DNA from: a virus
Lineage: Duplodnaviria; Caudoviricetes
Length of the DNA: 62,107 nt
Strand: one strand, 5' to 3'
Virus record (IMG/VR): IMGVR_UViG_3300029267_003445
Location: 1-62,107 of that record
The notes under the pieces are model-generated. The model was not told where the DNA came from and did no database searches. It worked only from the letters and a program-made list of their open reading frames with translations. A program made the translations under genes and the position numbers. Shown here piece by piece: positions 1 to 9,768 of the stretch (within the stretch, counting starts at the first letter, position 1; every line of letters starts with the position of its first letter).

Positions 1-3
1 GCT

Positions 4-336
4 GTGATTTCGGTCATGGTGCGTGTTGCGGACGCGCAAAAGGCGAAGACGCAGTTGGACGCCGTGCGCCCGACGGATGTGGAGGAGTGTAGTAGAATTA
101 TTGCTCTACAGCGACAGGCCACCTATTTTCGGGAACGCCTTAAAACGTTGGAGGAGGCAATGAAGGAGGCGGCGGGTGAAAAGTTCACGGGGTTCCAAGC
201 AAAATACGATCAGGCGCAGACGCTACTCTCGGCGGAGTATTTGAAGAGGCAACGGGTGTTCGACGAGCATGGAATTTCTTTGCGGGAGCTGTTGCCGTGT
301 TTGGATGAATACCTACCCTTTAAGGAGGAGGATTAG
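4..336 (+). CDS. Hypothetical protein, possibly 5'-truncated by the window edge
   Basis: Helical, charged ORF. Its 3' end contains the AAGGAGGA RBS of csrA. Confidence 0.6.
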   Translation: MISVMVRVADAQKAKTQLDAVRPTDVEECSRIIALQRQATYFRERLKTLEEAMKEAAGEKFTGFQAKYDQAQTLLSAEYLKRQRVFDEHGISLRELLPCLDEYLPFKEED

Positions 337-337
337 C

Positions 338-514
338 ATGTTGGTCTTGTCACGAAAAAAGGATGAGGAGATTGTCATTGGGGATTGCGAAATTGTGATT
401 CGAGTAGTAGCGGTCCGCGGAGATAAAGTTCGCATCGGTATCGCGGCGGATAAGTCAGTCCCCGTACATCGTCGGGAGGTGTACGAGGCTATACAGCGCA
501 GGGGCAAGGAATGA
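338..514 (+). CDS. csrA: Carbon storage regulator CsrA/RsmA
   Basis: MLVLSRKKDEEIVIG...GDKVRIGIAA...VHRREVYEAI is the CsrA signature. ATG338 follows AAGGAGGAG. Confidence 0.95.
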   Translation: MLVLSRKKDEEIVIGDCEIVIRVVAVRGDKVRIGIAADKSVPVHRREVYEAIQRRGKE

Positions 515-540
515 AAATTTTGTGGTTGTGTTTAGGCGTC

Positions 541-568
541 TTGCAATTTCTTTGCGAGGCCGTATCTT
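541..568 (+). promoter_or_regulatory. Putative sigma70-type promoter
   Basis: TTGCAA-16 nt-TATCTT in an AT-rich gap before ORF 629. Confidence 0.4.
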
Positions 569-628
569 TTTTGTGTGACCACGCTGCGAAACGATTGGCG
601 GCGGGGCGAGAACGATTAATGAAAGGAC

Positions 629-1051
629 ATGGAAATGAGCGAGGTAAAGATTCCAACCCGGGAGCAAGTTGAAGCCAAGGTGGCGGAGCTGGGAAAGGAC
701 CGGGACGCGAAGCTGGTTGACATCAATAACGCACTGCGCGCCGCACGGGCGGAAGCTAAAAACGCGGCGGCGGTTGCTCTGCAAGAGACGAGGCGGAAAT
801 TGGGTGCCGCGGCGGCCGCGGACCGGGAAGAGGTGCGGAAGCAGTACCGGGCGGCGGTTGCTCGGTGGAACACGCTGCTCCGTGCGTTGGCGGCAGAGGC
901 CCCGGCAGAACCGGCAGAGGCCCCGGCCCCGGCAGAGGCCCCGGCCCCGGCAGAGGCCCCGGCCCCGGCAGAGGGTGCCGCGCCTCAAGAGCCGGGGGGT
1001 GAGCCCGGCAAGCGGGACGCGGCTGCGGATGCAATTGCGGCGGCGAAATAG
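629..1051 (+). CDS. Hypothetical coiled-coil protein with PAEAPA repeats
   Basis: AAAGGA RBS; Ala/Glu/Arg-rich helix followed by a Pro/Ala/Glu linker. Confidence 0.75.
   Translation: MEMSEVKIPTREQVEAKVAELGKDRDAKLVDINNALRAARAEAKNAAAVALQETRRKLGAAAAADREEVRKQYRAAVARWNTLLRALAAEAPAEPAEAPAPAEAPAPAEAPAPAEGAAPQEPGGEPGKRDAAADAIAAAK
911..973 (+). repeat. 18-bp coding tandem repeat (CCGGCAGAGGCCCCGGCC, about 3.5 copies)
   Basis: Directly visible; encodes PAEAPA. Confidence 0.9.
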
Positions 1052-1068
1052 GGGATCGGCCCCATGGG

Positions 1069-1105
1069 AGCCCGTGTGCCCCCGTATGCCGGGGGCGCGG
1101 GTTTT
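1069..1105 (+). terminator. GC-rich hairpin with short U tract, possible terminator
   Basis: AGCCCGTGTGCCCCC...GGGGGCGCGGGTTTT after the stop of ORF 629. Confidence 0.4.
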
Positions 1106-1204
1106 GGGCCAGATTGGAGCTGATCGGGCTCATACGGGCCGATCTGCGAGGATTTCGGGCGATTTGGCGGCAATCGAAGCTAAAGACGGTAAAAGGAGCT
1201 AAAA

Positions 1205-1582
1205 ATGCACGATATTTGGGATGCGGCGGCGGTTCAGGAGGCAACCCGGGGATTGACGGCGGCCCTACAAGAGGCGGAGCCAGATTTGCAATTGGCAGTC
1301 GGCCCCGGGGGCGCGGTGCACCCCCAATCGCTCGCGGAAAACTTGGTCGCAATCCGGGGGCGACTGATGGCGCAACAGCGGACCATCTTTGTCTTGATGG
1401 CAGTGGTGGACTCGCTGTTTCAACAGAGCGGCGCGGATGCGGATGCGGATGCGCCCGTGGCTGCGGCCGCGATTGAAGAGTTTGCGGAGGGCGTGCGTCA
1501 GGCGTCGGCGCAACGACCCAAAAAGTCACAAATTGTTGTTCCTACGGGTGCGCAGGTGCCGAAGGATATTCGTGGTGGTTGA
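1205..1582 (+). CDS. Hypothetical protein
   Basis: AAAGGAG RBS before ATG1205; plausible composition. Confidence 0.75.
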   Translation: MHDIWDAAAVQEATRGLTAALQEAEPDLQLAVGPGGAVHPQSLAENLVAIRGRLMAQQRTIFVLMAVVDSLFQQSGADADADAPVAAAAIEEFAEGVRQASAQRPKKSQIVVPTGAQVPKDIRGG

Positions 1583-2174
1583 TAGTCCTTTTGACATTGC
1601 GTTTGCAGAGAAGAGGCGGGTTGCCGTGCATAGTAAAAATATAGTCGTACTGGACGCATCTTCCCACCTTGGAGGTGACGTGGTGAGCACCTTGCGAGGG
1701 GGCGGGCATAGTGTGCATGCGGTTCAGCCCGAGCCTTGCCGGGTTGCGGGTGTCACGTGGTACCCCGCACGTCTGGAGGAGCCACATCATGCGACGGCTG
1801 CGATTGCGGAGTGGGTGGGAGATGGCCTCCTATTTGATGGAGTGTGCGCTTGTCCTACTTTTCAGGCCGCGGGCAGTCCCACGAAACTGACGTTTGCCGA
1901 TCTATCCACGCATGTGACCGCAAACGTGCTCACCCCCCTGTTGATGGTGTTGCATCTTGCGGAGTTTGAACTTCTCTATGAGGATGCGCGGGTCGTCTTT
2001 TGCGTGCCCCCTGATGAGGGTCCGGCTGTCTGCCGGGTATCCCGTGGAATGGTTGAACCGGCTGTACGGATTGCGATGGAGGCCATATCTTTTCCGTACG
2101 AGTGTCGGTTCTTCTCGGAGGTTGCACGCGCGTGCAAGTGCTTGACAGCGAATCTCGGGTGTGATAAAGTATGA
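1572..2174 (+). CDS. Degenerate short-chain dehydrogenase (Rossmann-fold)-like protein
   Basis: KNIVVLDASSHLGGDVVSTLRGGGHSV resembles the SDR N-terminal beta-alpha-beta; NVLTP and RVVF also fit. No YxxxK. Start uncertain (GTG 1572/1575 after AAGGA). Confidence 0.5.
   Translation: MVVDSPFDIAFAEKRRVAVHSKNIVVLDASSHLGGDVVSTLRGGGHSVHAVQPEPCRVAGVTWYPARLEEPHHATAAIAEWVGDGLLFDGVCACPTFQAAGSPTKLTFADLSTHVTANVLTPLLMVLHLAEFELLYEDARVVFCVPPDEGPAVCRVSRGMVEPAVRIAMEAISFPYECRFFSEVARACKCLTANLGCDKV
2122..2137. promoter_or_regulatory. Palindromic box copy 1 (TTGCACGCGCGTGCAA)
   Basis: Perfect 16-bp palindrome 4 nt upstream of a TTGACA. Confidence 0.8.
2142..2170 (+). promoter_or_regulatory. Promoter for the terminase operon
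   Basis: TTGACA-17 nt-TAAAGT with an extended -10 TGn, upstream of ATG2205. Confidence 0.65.
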
Positions 2175-2204
2175 GAATCATTTGCACCTTTACGAGATGT
2201 CCTT

Positions 2205-2879
2205 ATGTCAAAAAAAGACAAGCCATTGATGCCCCCCGTTCTCGCGGATATTCTCAAGGCGGCTGCGGAGGAGGAGAAAGAAGAGAAGGCGGCCCCGGCT
2301 GCGTGGCTGGAGGACCCCGCCGAAGACGTTTCGGTGGAGGAGCTTAAAAGGCGCGCTCGTATCTTGCACGCTCGGGGGCATTCTGTTTCTACGCTGTCGC
2401 GGGAGTTTAGCCGTTCCCAGGCTACCATCTATCGTTGGCTCCGGGAGGACCGTGAGGAGCTTGAGAAATTCATGGGCGGGGAGTCTCGTTTTTCCATCGC
2501 CATAGAGCGGTACTCTGCATTGATTCAGGAGATTGAATTTCTTACGCAGCAGATTGAGCTGATAAAGCCCGACGGGGTAATTCGATTCCGGGATGCCCGT
2601 GGAGAAAAAGAAGTGACGGCAAATAGTCCAGAGAAGTTTCTGGACTTGAAGGCGAAGCTGATAGAGTGCCGCCGTCGTTGTAAAGTGGACGCGATCAATT
2701 TGCTTATCAAGCTGGGAATCATTACGGACGACTCGGCACGGCAACGAGCGCCCGCGGGTGGGGAGCAGGGTACGGCGAAAGAACGCAAAGGGCCTCGTCG
2801 AACTAAGGAAGAAATCAGGGCAGAGATGAAGCGGTTGCAGGAGCAGATTCCCGGGCTGGAGGACGAAGACGATGAGTAA
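2205..2879 (+). CDS. Probable terminase small subunit (HTH)
   Basis: HTH-like GHSVSTLSREFSRSQATIYRWL; overlaps the start of the large terminase. Confidence 0.7.
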   Translation: MSKKDKPLMPPVLADILKAAAEEEKEEKAAPAAWLEDPAEDVSVEELKRRARILHARGHSVSTLSREFSRSQATIYRWLREDREELEKFMGGESRFSIAIERYSALIQEIEFLTQQIELIKPDGVIRFRDARGEKEVTANSPEKFLDLKAKLIECRRRCKVDAINLLIKLGIITDDSARQRAPAGGEQGTAKERKGPRRTKEEIRAEMKRLQEQIPGLEDEDDE

Positions 2880-4530
2880 GTGGGCAAGCGACGCGGAGAT
2901 GGTTGGGGTGAAGTTGCTGGAGGTGAAGAGCCAGCGATTAGATTTTGCTCGCAATGACCATATCAACACGCACGGGGATCGGTTGGACTTTTCTCGGTTT
3001 CCGCACATCAAGTCGCTTTACAGCTCCACCGCCCCGGTCATTGTTGTCCAGGGATCAACGCAGTGTCTAAAGTCGGAGTGGATGATTGTCGATCACTTGG
3101 CGATGGCGTACTCTGGCCTGTCGCTGTTTTTCGTTTTGCCGAAGTTTGAGCATCGCGGCACGTATGTCCAAAATAGAATCAATCGGTGCGTCCAGTCTGT
3201 GCCCCGGTACAAGACGGTCGTTGATGCGGGGTTCTTTGATAGCGTTGTGCTCAAGTCCTTTGGGCGCGGCGTAATTAAATATGTGGGCTCTAACGTGCTT
3301 GCCGATTTTCGGGAGCACCCGGCGGACGTGCTGTACGTGGACGAAGTGGACGAGTGCGATCAGGGAAACTTGATGTACGCTATTGACCGTCTGGGCGCTT
3401 CTCTCTACAAGTTCCAGCGATATATTGGAAATCCTACCCTGCCAAACAAGGGCATCAACGCACTTTTGAAGAAGTCGGACGGCCGGGAGTGGAACGTGCC
3501 GTGTCAGGATTGCGGGGAGGTGGCAGAGCTGGATTGGTTCCGTGTGGTAGTGGAAGACGTTACAGACGATGAGGGCACGGTTGTGTCCTATCAGTTGCGG
3601 GACAGCGAATGGGAGCCCGGATGCCGCCGCGATATTCGGTGCGTGTGTCCGCGGTGTGGAGGTACGTTGGTGAGGGATAGTCGGGATGGCGTGTGGATTG
3701 CGGCACGCCCGGAAGTGACTACGAGTGAGGGGTATCATATTTCAAAGCTATGTGCCACCATCAACCCGATTGCGGATATGTGGGTGAATTTCCAAGCGGC
3801 GCAGTCGGACCCCGGATTGCTTCAGCACTTTTTTACTTCGGAGTTGGGGCTCCCGTTTGCGGCGGTCGGTAACCGGGTGAACGAGCAGCTCTTGGATAGA
3901 TGTGTTGAGGATGGGTATAACGTTAAGATTCAACCCGACTGCGCGTTTATTGCTGCGGACCGTTCCAAGGAAGACTGTTCGATGGGCGTGGACGTGGGGG
4001 CTTCTTTTGACGTGCGTATTAGTCAGCCGGTTCGGGGTCGCCGTCGGATGCTCTTTGTCGGTAAAGTGCCCCCTCACTTGGACGCGTTGTGTGAGCTGGT
4101 AGAGCGATATAATGTGCAGAAGTGCGTCATTGACTCGATGCCCGAGACAATGGTTTCGCGGGAGTTCCAGGAGCTTGCCGGATGTGATGTGTGGATGTGT
4201 CGGTACCGCGGGGAGGGTACGGATAGGCGGCAGACGTACGATTTGAAAGACCGCATTATCAACGTAGACAGAACGGAGGCTATGGATCGCGCTTTCGCCC
4301 AATTGCGGAGGAAGAAAAATATACTGCCCGAGAACTATGCGAGCATTTTGAGCGGGCAGTGGGTGAAGGAGATGTGCGTCCCCGTTCGGCAGATTGTGGA
4401 GGATACGCGCGGGAATAGTAGGTACGAGTGGACGAAGGGTACGGACCACGCACGACATGCTGACCTATATGACATGTTGGCGGCGGATTTAATGGAAGAG
4501 TCGCTATTGGACGGTATTACAATCGCATGA
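2872..4530 (+). CDS. terL: Terminase large subunit, lambda GpA-like
   Basis: Walker A variant GSTQCLKSE, Walker B VLYVDEVDE, GNPT coupling motif, CQDC/CPRC Zn ribbon, GYHISKL, nuclease GVDVG and DH..HA. Confidence 0.92.
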   Translation: MSKWASDAEMVGVKLLEVKSQRLDFARNDHINTHGDRLDFSRFPHIKSLYSSTAPVIVVQGSTQCLKSEWMIVDHLAMAYSGLSLFFVLPKFEHRGTYVQNRINRCVQSVPRYKTVVDAGFFDSVVLKSFGRGVIKYVGSNVLADFREHPADVLYVDEVDECDQGNLMYAIDRLGASLYKFQRYIGNPTLPNKGINALLKKSDGREWNVPCQDCGEVAELDWFRVVVEDVTDDEGTVVSYQLRDSEWEPGCRRDIRCVCPRCGGTLVRDSRDGVWIAARPEVTTSEGYHISKLCATINPIADMWVNFQAAQSDPGLLQHFFTSELGLPFAAVGNRVNEQLLDRCVEDGYNVKIQPDCAFIAADRSKEDCSMGVDVGASFDVRISQPVRGRRRMLFVGKVPPHLDALCELVERYNVQKCVIDSMPETMVSREFQELAGCDVWMCRYRGEGTDRRQTYDLKDRIINVDRTEAMDRAFAQLRRKKNILPENYASILSGQWVKEMCVPVRQIVEDTRGNSRYEWTKGTDHARHADLYDMLAADLMEESLLDGITIA

Positions 4531-4549
4531 TTTTTTGAGGGAGTTGGTG

Positions 4550-6493
4550 ATGTCTCCTTTCGCAGGATACCCGGATTTTGACGCGTGTGTTGCTGACCAG
4601 AAACAGAAGGGCAAGAGTGACACGGCTGCCCGAAAGATTTGTGGGGCGCTTCAGGCGCGTGTGGAAAAGAGTGCGGAGGACGAGGAGGTACTAACGACCG
4701 GCCCCCTTGCGGACGCGCTGCGGGAGAGTGCCGTGCTCGACGGGGGCGAGGTGGTCATTTCGGAGGCGTTTATCACAGACGAGAATAAAGTGGTCAGCGC
4801 GGACGACGTGGTGCGGGCGGTGATGAAAAAATCGATGCGGGGCATCCCCTCGGATCGCGTTCATAAGGAGGCGAAGAATCTGGGGACGCTGGACGTTGCC
4901 AAAATGGTTGAAGGGTCTACGCAGAGCAAGGCGGAAATCGGTCGAAACGATTTGAAGCTGCACGAGGCGGAGTTTGTGGAGCCCCCGTACCCGCCTGAGT
5001 TGCTGAGCATGTTTTTGGAGGTGGACGAGACACATTATCGGGCATGCAAGGTCAAGGCAACGGACGCGGTAGGTCGCCCGTACACGCTGGAGCCTTCGGA
5101 GGCACCGGACGGCGGGGAATATGATCCGGCAAAGGCGGACGACAAGACGCGGAAGCTCGTGGCGGCTGAGACAAAAGTGATTCGGACATTCATTGAGGAG
5201 TGTAATGGAATCATCGGGTTTGAGGGGACATTAGCACGGGCTGCGATGGATAACGAGGCTGTCGGGTGGGCGGCGCTTGAGGTAATCCGAAATAAGAACA
5301 TGGTCGTGACGAAATTGGCACATATCCCCGCGGTACGCGTGCGCACGTTGCGGGGGTTTGTGGGGTGGGTTGAACTGGTCGGGCCGGAGAGGTACATCTA
5401 CTATCAGCCATTCGGTCACAAGGTACTGAGCAATCGAGACGCTACTCCCGGGCACAAAGACTATTACAATCCGCGGGAGGACGGGCCGTTGGATGCGAAG
5501 AAGTTGACGTGGAACATGGTGGACCGGGAAACAGGCAAGCCGACGCGGAATTTTGGTCGGGCTGCGAATGAAATTGTTTGGGTGCCCCGCCATCATGCGA
5601 ATACGATTTACTATGGTATGACGGACGCACTCCCGGCGATGGGGGACCTGCTGACAAAGGTGCACATCCGAGATTATATCCTACAATATTTTGAACATAA
5701 TACGGTTCCCCGGTACGTCGTGGTGATTGAGGGTGCTAAGCTGTCTGACTCAGTGAAGAAATTGATTTCGGAATATTTCCACACGCATGTGAAAGGCCGC
5801 GCGCACAAGACGCTGGTTGTGCCCATCCCGTCGATGAAGGGGGAGGTGAAGGTTCGGTTTGAAAAACTGGACGCGGAGCTAGAAACGTCTTCATACATGG
5901 CGACGCGGGAAACGAGCAGGGATGGAATTTTGACGGCGCACGGGGTCAGTCCCGCCATCTTGGGTATTGCTGAGAGCAGTGAGCTAGGGAGCGGCAAGGG
6001 GTTGTCGCAAGCTGAAATATACAAGGACCGTATCGTGGAGCCTTCTCAGAGGAGGTGGGCTGACGCGCTCAACCGACTATTTCGGTTGGGGCTTGGCGTG
6101 CGGGTTGTTTCGTTGAAGTTCGATCCCCTGGATATTCGGGATAGAAATATGGAGATGCTGACTCACGTTGGATACGTGGAGCATGCTATTGAAACGCTCA
6201 ACGAGGCGAGACGGGCTCTCGGCTTGGACCCGTATGAGGAGGGCGGGGACCGCGCGTTTATGCTGACCTCTTCGGGACCCATTTTTGTGGACGAGCTTAC
6301 GAAGGAGGCCAGTGCAGAGCGGCAGTCGTTGGAGGATGAAATTGACACGTTGCGTCGGGAGCAGGCGCAGTCCCGGTTGAACAGTATGCGACCCGCGGAT
6401 GCAAGTGGTAAACTACCGAAGACGCCCAAGACGCCCGCCAATCCGGTGACGCAGAAACAGACCCCCGGAAAGAAACAAGGGAAACAACAATGA
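4550..6493 (+). CDS. Portal protein with N- and C-terminal extensions
   Basis: Follows terL. IYYG.TD, YFEHNTVP, ILTAHGVSPAILG and TLNEARRALGLDP are portal-like. GAGGGAG RBS before ATG4550. Confidence 0.9.
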   Translation: MSPFAGYPDFDACVADQKQKGKSDTAARKICGALQARVEKSAEDEEVLTTGPLADALRESAVLDGGEVVISEAFITDENKVVSADDVVRAVMKKSMRGIPSDRVHKEAKNLGTLDVAKMVEGSTQSKAEIGRNDLKLHEAEFVEPPYPPELLSMFLEVDETHYRACKVKATDAVGRPYTLEPSEAPDGGEYDPAKADDKTRKLVAAETKVIRTFIEECNGIIGFEGTLARAAMDNEAVGWAALEVIRNKNMVVTKLAHIPAVRVRTLRGFVGWVELVGPERYIYYQPFGHKVLSNRDATPGHKDYYNPREDGPLDAKKLTWNMVDRETGKPTRNFGRAANEIVWVPRHHANTIYYGMTDALPAMGDLLTKVHIRDYILQYFEHNTVPRYVVVIEGAKLSDSVKKLISEYFHTHVKGRAHKTLVVPIPSMKGEVKVRFEKLDAELETSSYMATRETSRDGILTAHGVSPAILGIAESSELGSGKGLSQAEIYKDRIVEPSQRRWADALNRLFRLGLGVRVVSLKFDPLDIRDRNMEMLTHVGYVEHAIETLNEARRALGLDPYEEGGDRAFMLTSSGPIFVDELTKEASAERQSLEDEIDTLRREQAQSRLNSMRPADASGKLPKTPKTPANPVTQKQTPGKKQGKQQ

Positions 6494-7074
6494 AAGATAC
6501 AAGAAGAGAAGTAGTGGACACGGTGTTGCGTCTGGACACGTTGAAGGAGTTGCCCGGCAACGCAAATTTGCACAACGCAAGAAACAAGGCGGCAATCCGG
6601 TTCTCGCTCGAAAAGTTCGGACAGGTGGAGCCGCTCGTGGTGCAAAAGAGCACGCAACACGTTATCGGCGGCAACGGGCGTCTCGCGGTGATGCGCGAAA
6701 TGGGGTGGATCGACGCGGAGTGCAAGATTATCGACGTAGACGACGCCACGGCGCAGGCGCTAGCGCTGGCTCTAAATCGGACTAGTGAGCTGTCCGTGTG
6801 GGATAACGAACTGCTGAGCGAGACTATGTTTTCCTTGCGGGACGAGGGGTGGGACCTGACCGCGCTTGGCTGGGAGGAGCATGAGTACGAGCCTCTTTTG
6901 GCGGCGGAATGGTCCCCGCCCGAGATTGAGCCGTTGCCGGAGGCGGTGTCGGCCCCGACGAAACACGTGGTAGAGTTCACCCCGGAGCAATGGGCTGTCG
7001 TGGATTCCTATTTGCCGGGCACGGGCTCGGACGCGGAGCGAATCGTTGCCTTCTTTGGGGAGGGCGATAAGTGA
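6490..7074 (+). CDS. ParB/Srx N-terminal domain protein
   Basis: PGNANLH, SLEKFGQVEPLVV, VIGGNGRL, LALNRTSELSVWD. ATGA overlap with portal. Confidence 0.85.
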   Translation: MKDTRREVVDTVLRLDTLKELPGNANLHNARNKAAIRFSLEKFGQVEPLVVQKSTQHVIGGNGRLAVMREMGWIDAECKIIDVDDATAQALALALNRTSELSVWDNELLSETMFSLRDEGWDLTALGWEEHEYEPLLAAEWSPPEIEPLPEAVSAPTKHVVEFTPEQWAVVDSYLPGTGSDAERIVAFFGEGDK

Positions 7075-7802
7075 CCTCCATTCGTTTAGCGTACGGCGGA
7101 CCGCCCGAGGCGCTGGCGAAGGGGTTGACAGGAACACCTGAGCCCTCTTTGCTGGTGTCCTACGTTTATCTGGACATGTTTTTGAAGCAGAGGCATCGTT
7201 ATAATTTTCGTGATTGGGTGATGGACTCGGGTGCGTTCTCTGCGTTCAATAGTGGTACGGAAATCAAATTGCAAGACTATATTGACGTATGCAAGAAGTT
7301 GAAGGCCACGGACCCGAAGCTCACCCATGTTTTCAGCTTGGACGTGATTGGGGATTGGCGGGGCACGCTAAAGAATACGGAGGAGATGTGGCGACAGGGG
7401 GTGGAGGCGATTCCCACGTTTCATTTCGGAACCCCGGAAAAAGAGCTGTATAGTTTAGCGCGCGACTACCCTCGGATTGCGCTCGGCGGCATTTCTGGAA
7501 AGCACGGCAAGGAGTGGTATCGTTTTGTCGGGCAATGTTTCGCCCGGGTCTGGCCGAAGTGGATACACGGGTTCGGCGTTGGGGGAGAAAAGGAAGTCTT
7601 TTTCGTGCCCTGGTCTTCGGTGGATGCGACGAATTGGGAGTTGGGGCCGTGCAAGTTCGGCCGTTGGAAAACGTTTGGCGGGTTGTCGGTGCGCGGGGGC
7701 AAGCACAATCTTCGCGTGGAGGTGGAGTGGTGGTTGGACTTTGAGCGACGTGCTCAATACCGATGGCGTCGGGAAATGGAAACCGTGAGGAAACTGAAAT
7801 GA
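7071..7802 (+). CDS. dpdA: DpdA-like DNA 7-deazaguanine transglycosylase (TGT fold)
   Basis: MDSGAFSA, SLDVIGD, IPTFH, IALGG, IHGFG, SVDATNW. Short, lacks the tRNA-TGT Zn motif, and sits beside que genes. Confidence 0.85.
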   Translation: MTSIRLAYGGPPEALAKGLTGTPEPSLLVSYVYLDMFLKQRHRYNFRDWVMDSGAFSAFNSGTEIKLQDYIDVCKKLKATDPKLTHVFSLDVIGDWRGTLKNTEEMWRQGVEAIPTFHFGTPEKELYSLARDYPRIALGGISGKHGKEWYRFVGQCFARVWPKWIHGFGVGGEKEVFFVPWSSVDATNWELGPCKFGRWKTFGGLSVRGGKHNLRVEVEWWLDFERRAQYRWRREMETVRKLK

Positions 7803-8695
7803 CGATTGACCTAAATACACTCCCTTCGGGGGAGCGGTACGCGGATGAATACGGTGCGTGGCTGGAGGTCTGGCGGCAGATCGCTGAGGAACCCGGTGTT
7901 GTGGTGAAGAGCCCTCCGCATAGCTGGATTCCACTGGCGCGTTATTTGGGAGCAACCGTGCGGGGGAGCTTTGCGCATTTTTTGCAAGACTCGTACTATC
8001 GCAACGCGAACGAGATGTACGACCATGCGAAGGCCTACGGCCGTCAGCGGGAGTATGTGGAATCGGTGTGCACGGCTCGGCCGGAGCTGGTTGACGCGTT
8101 GTGGAAGAGCGACGTGCAATGGCAGACGGTTGATCGGGACCATACGTGGCAGCGGGAGTTCGTGTTGACGAACTATAACGGGTATTATCGACCCGAGATT
8201 TTGGAGTATATGAAAAAGCTAGAGGAGTACGTACCTCCCGCACGCGTGCGAAATTGCGTTGTGACCAGTTGTTCCGCGGATAAGCCATATCCGGCGGACG
8301 TGCATCGGGCGGTACTCGATATTCTGCCGGACGAGTCGTGGCATCTTGTTATCGCCACGGGCGTGCTCGGTGTCGTGCCTCAAGAACTCTGGGGTGTGAT
8401 GCCGTTGTACGATGCGGGCATCCCAAATAATTGGAGATGCTTTCAAAAGTGGTGTCGGTACGCGCAGCGGATAAAGTACGATAGGATTGTTGTGTACGCA
8501 GATTTTTATGCTCCCGCGGTGCACGCGGCGCTCTCCTCTGTACTGGCGGATACTGCGGTGTCCTATCCTTTACCCGTGGGCGGGCGGGCGGATTATTTGG
8601 ACCTTGCGGACGAGAGGTGGCTAAATCATTTACGGCGCGCGTTGGAGTGTAGTCCTGCGGATGCCGGTTCTTTTAAGTCGGGGATACTATTATGA
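7799..8695 (+). CDS. ArcS/DUF5591-like protein with an unassigned ~140-aa N-terminus
   Basis: [11 protein letters not shown]...H and [19 protein letters not shown] match the ArcS core (PCS.xKPY; LGxVPxEL..YD). ATGA-coupled to dpdA and queC. Confidence 0.72.
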   Translation: MTIDLNTLPSGERYADEYGAWLEVWRQIAEEPGVVVKSPPHSWIPLARYLGATVRGSFAHFLQDSYYRNANEMYDHAKAYGRQREYVESVCTARPELVDALWKSDVQWQTVDRDHTWQREFVLTNYNGYYRPEILEYMKKLEEYVPPARVRNCVVTSCSADKPYPADVHRAVLDILPDESWHLVIATGVLGVVPQELWGVMPLYDAGIPNNWRCFQKWCRYAQRIKYDRIVVYADFYAPAVHAALSSVLADTAVSYPLPVGGRADYLDLADERWLNHLRRALECSPADAGSFKSGILL

Positions 8696-9348
8696 AAATT
8701 GTGCTCATCTATTCCGGGGGGCTGGACTCCACGGTGTTGCTCTATTCCTATCTAGCTCAGGAGGCCGAAGTGAAGGCGCTGAGCATCAATTACGGGCAGC
8801 GACATCAGAAGGAGTTGCGCGCCGCGGGTCGCATTTGCCGGGACAACGGAGTGCCCTTTTCCATCGTGGACATTGGCGCTGTTGGCGCGTTATTGCAGTC
8901 AAGTTTGACGGATAGAAAAATAGATGTTCCCGACGGGCACTACGCGGAAGAGTCTATGAAACAGACTGTTGTGCCTAACAGAAATATGATTATGCTTTCG
9001 CTTGCAATCGGGCACGCGTGTTCTTTGAAGTACGATGCGGTCGCATACGCGGCGCACGCTGGGGATCACACAATATACCCCGATTGTCGCCCCGCATTCG
9101 TGGACGCGATGGCAGAGGCGGCGCGGTTGTGTGATTGGCACCCCGTTGAAATCGCCCGCCCGTTTATCACCAAGACAAAGGCAGACATTGCGGCGCTTGG
9201 ACATGCGCTGGACGTGCCCTTTGCGGATACGTGGTCTTGCTATAAAGGCGGGGAGCGTCATTGCGGCACGTGCGGCACGTGCGTGGAACGACGAGAGGCG
9301 TTTGAGTTGGCAAAAGTACCAGACCCAACGGAGTATGAAAATGAATAG
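8692..9348 (+). CDS. queC: 7-cyano-7-deazaguanine synthase
   Basis: SGGLDST, YGQRH, VPNRN, YPDCRP, TWSCY...HCGTCGTC. Confidence 0.98.
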   Translation: MKIVLIYSGGLDSTVLLYSYLAQEAEVKALSINYGQRHQKELRAAGRICRDNGVPFSIVDIGAVGALLQSSLTDRKIDVPDGHYAEESMKQTVVPNRNMIMLSLAIGHACSLKYDAVAYAAHAGDHTIYPDCRPAFVDAMAEAARLCDWHPVEIARPFITKTKADIAALGHALDVPFADTWSCYKGGERHCGTCGTCVERREAFELAKVPDPTEYENE

Positions 9349-9766
9349 CGTGACAGTGACAAAGCGTTTTGAGTTTGACGCGGCTCATCGATTGTATCAG
9401 CACGAGGGGGCGTGTCGGCACGTGCACGGGCATCACTACGTCGTGGAGGTAGAGGTGGCGGGGCCGTCGTTGAATTATCTTGGCATGCTCATTGATTTTG
9501 GGGAGTTGAAGCAGCGGGTGGGCGATTGGATACAAGAGCACTGGGACCACGCGACGCTTCTCAATAATGCGGACACGGTATTATTTGAGGCTTTGGAAGA
9601 GATGAATAGTACGCTTTATCTGTTTGATGGGAACCCCACGGCCGAGAAGATGGCGGTTGAGCTGTTTACACAAGTACGCGAATTGTTGAAACATACTCCC
9701 GTGGTCCCCCGGCGGGTGCGCGTGTGGGAGACACCGGACAGTTTCGCGGAGTATCGGGAGGGATAA
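9341..9766 (+). CDS. queD: 6-carboxytetrahydropterin synthase
   Basis: [32 protein letters not shown]. Start at 9335 or 9341. Confidence 0.97.
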   Translation: MNSVTVTKRFEFDAAHRLYQHEGACRHVHGHHYVVEVEVAGPSLNYLGMLIDFGELKQRVGDWIQEHWDHATLLNNADTVLFEALEEMNSTLYLFDGNPTAEKMAVELFTQVRELLKHTPVVPRRVRVWETPDSFAEYREG

Positions 9767-9768
9767 TA

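Noticed and set aside
911-973. Tandem repeats as a CRISPR array (also 14755-14885 and 21626-21667)
   Set aside because: No spacers; unit lengths are multiples of three and encode peptide repeats.
1105-1180. Possible structured RNA in the 1051-1205 gap (CAGATTGG/CCGATCTG)
   Set aside because: Short stems are expected by chance in GC-rich DNA, and there is no other support.
7071-7802. tRNA-guanine transglycosylase for queuosine
   Set aside because: Too short, no Zn motif, no queF/queA/queG, and the phage context fits DNA-acting DpdA.
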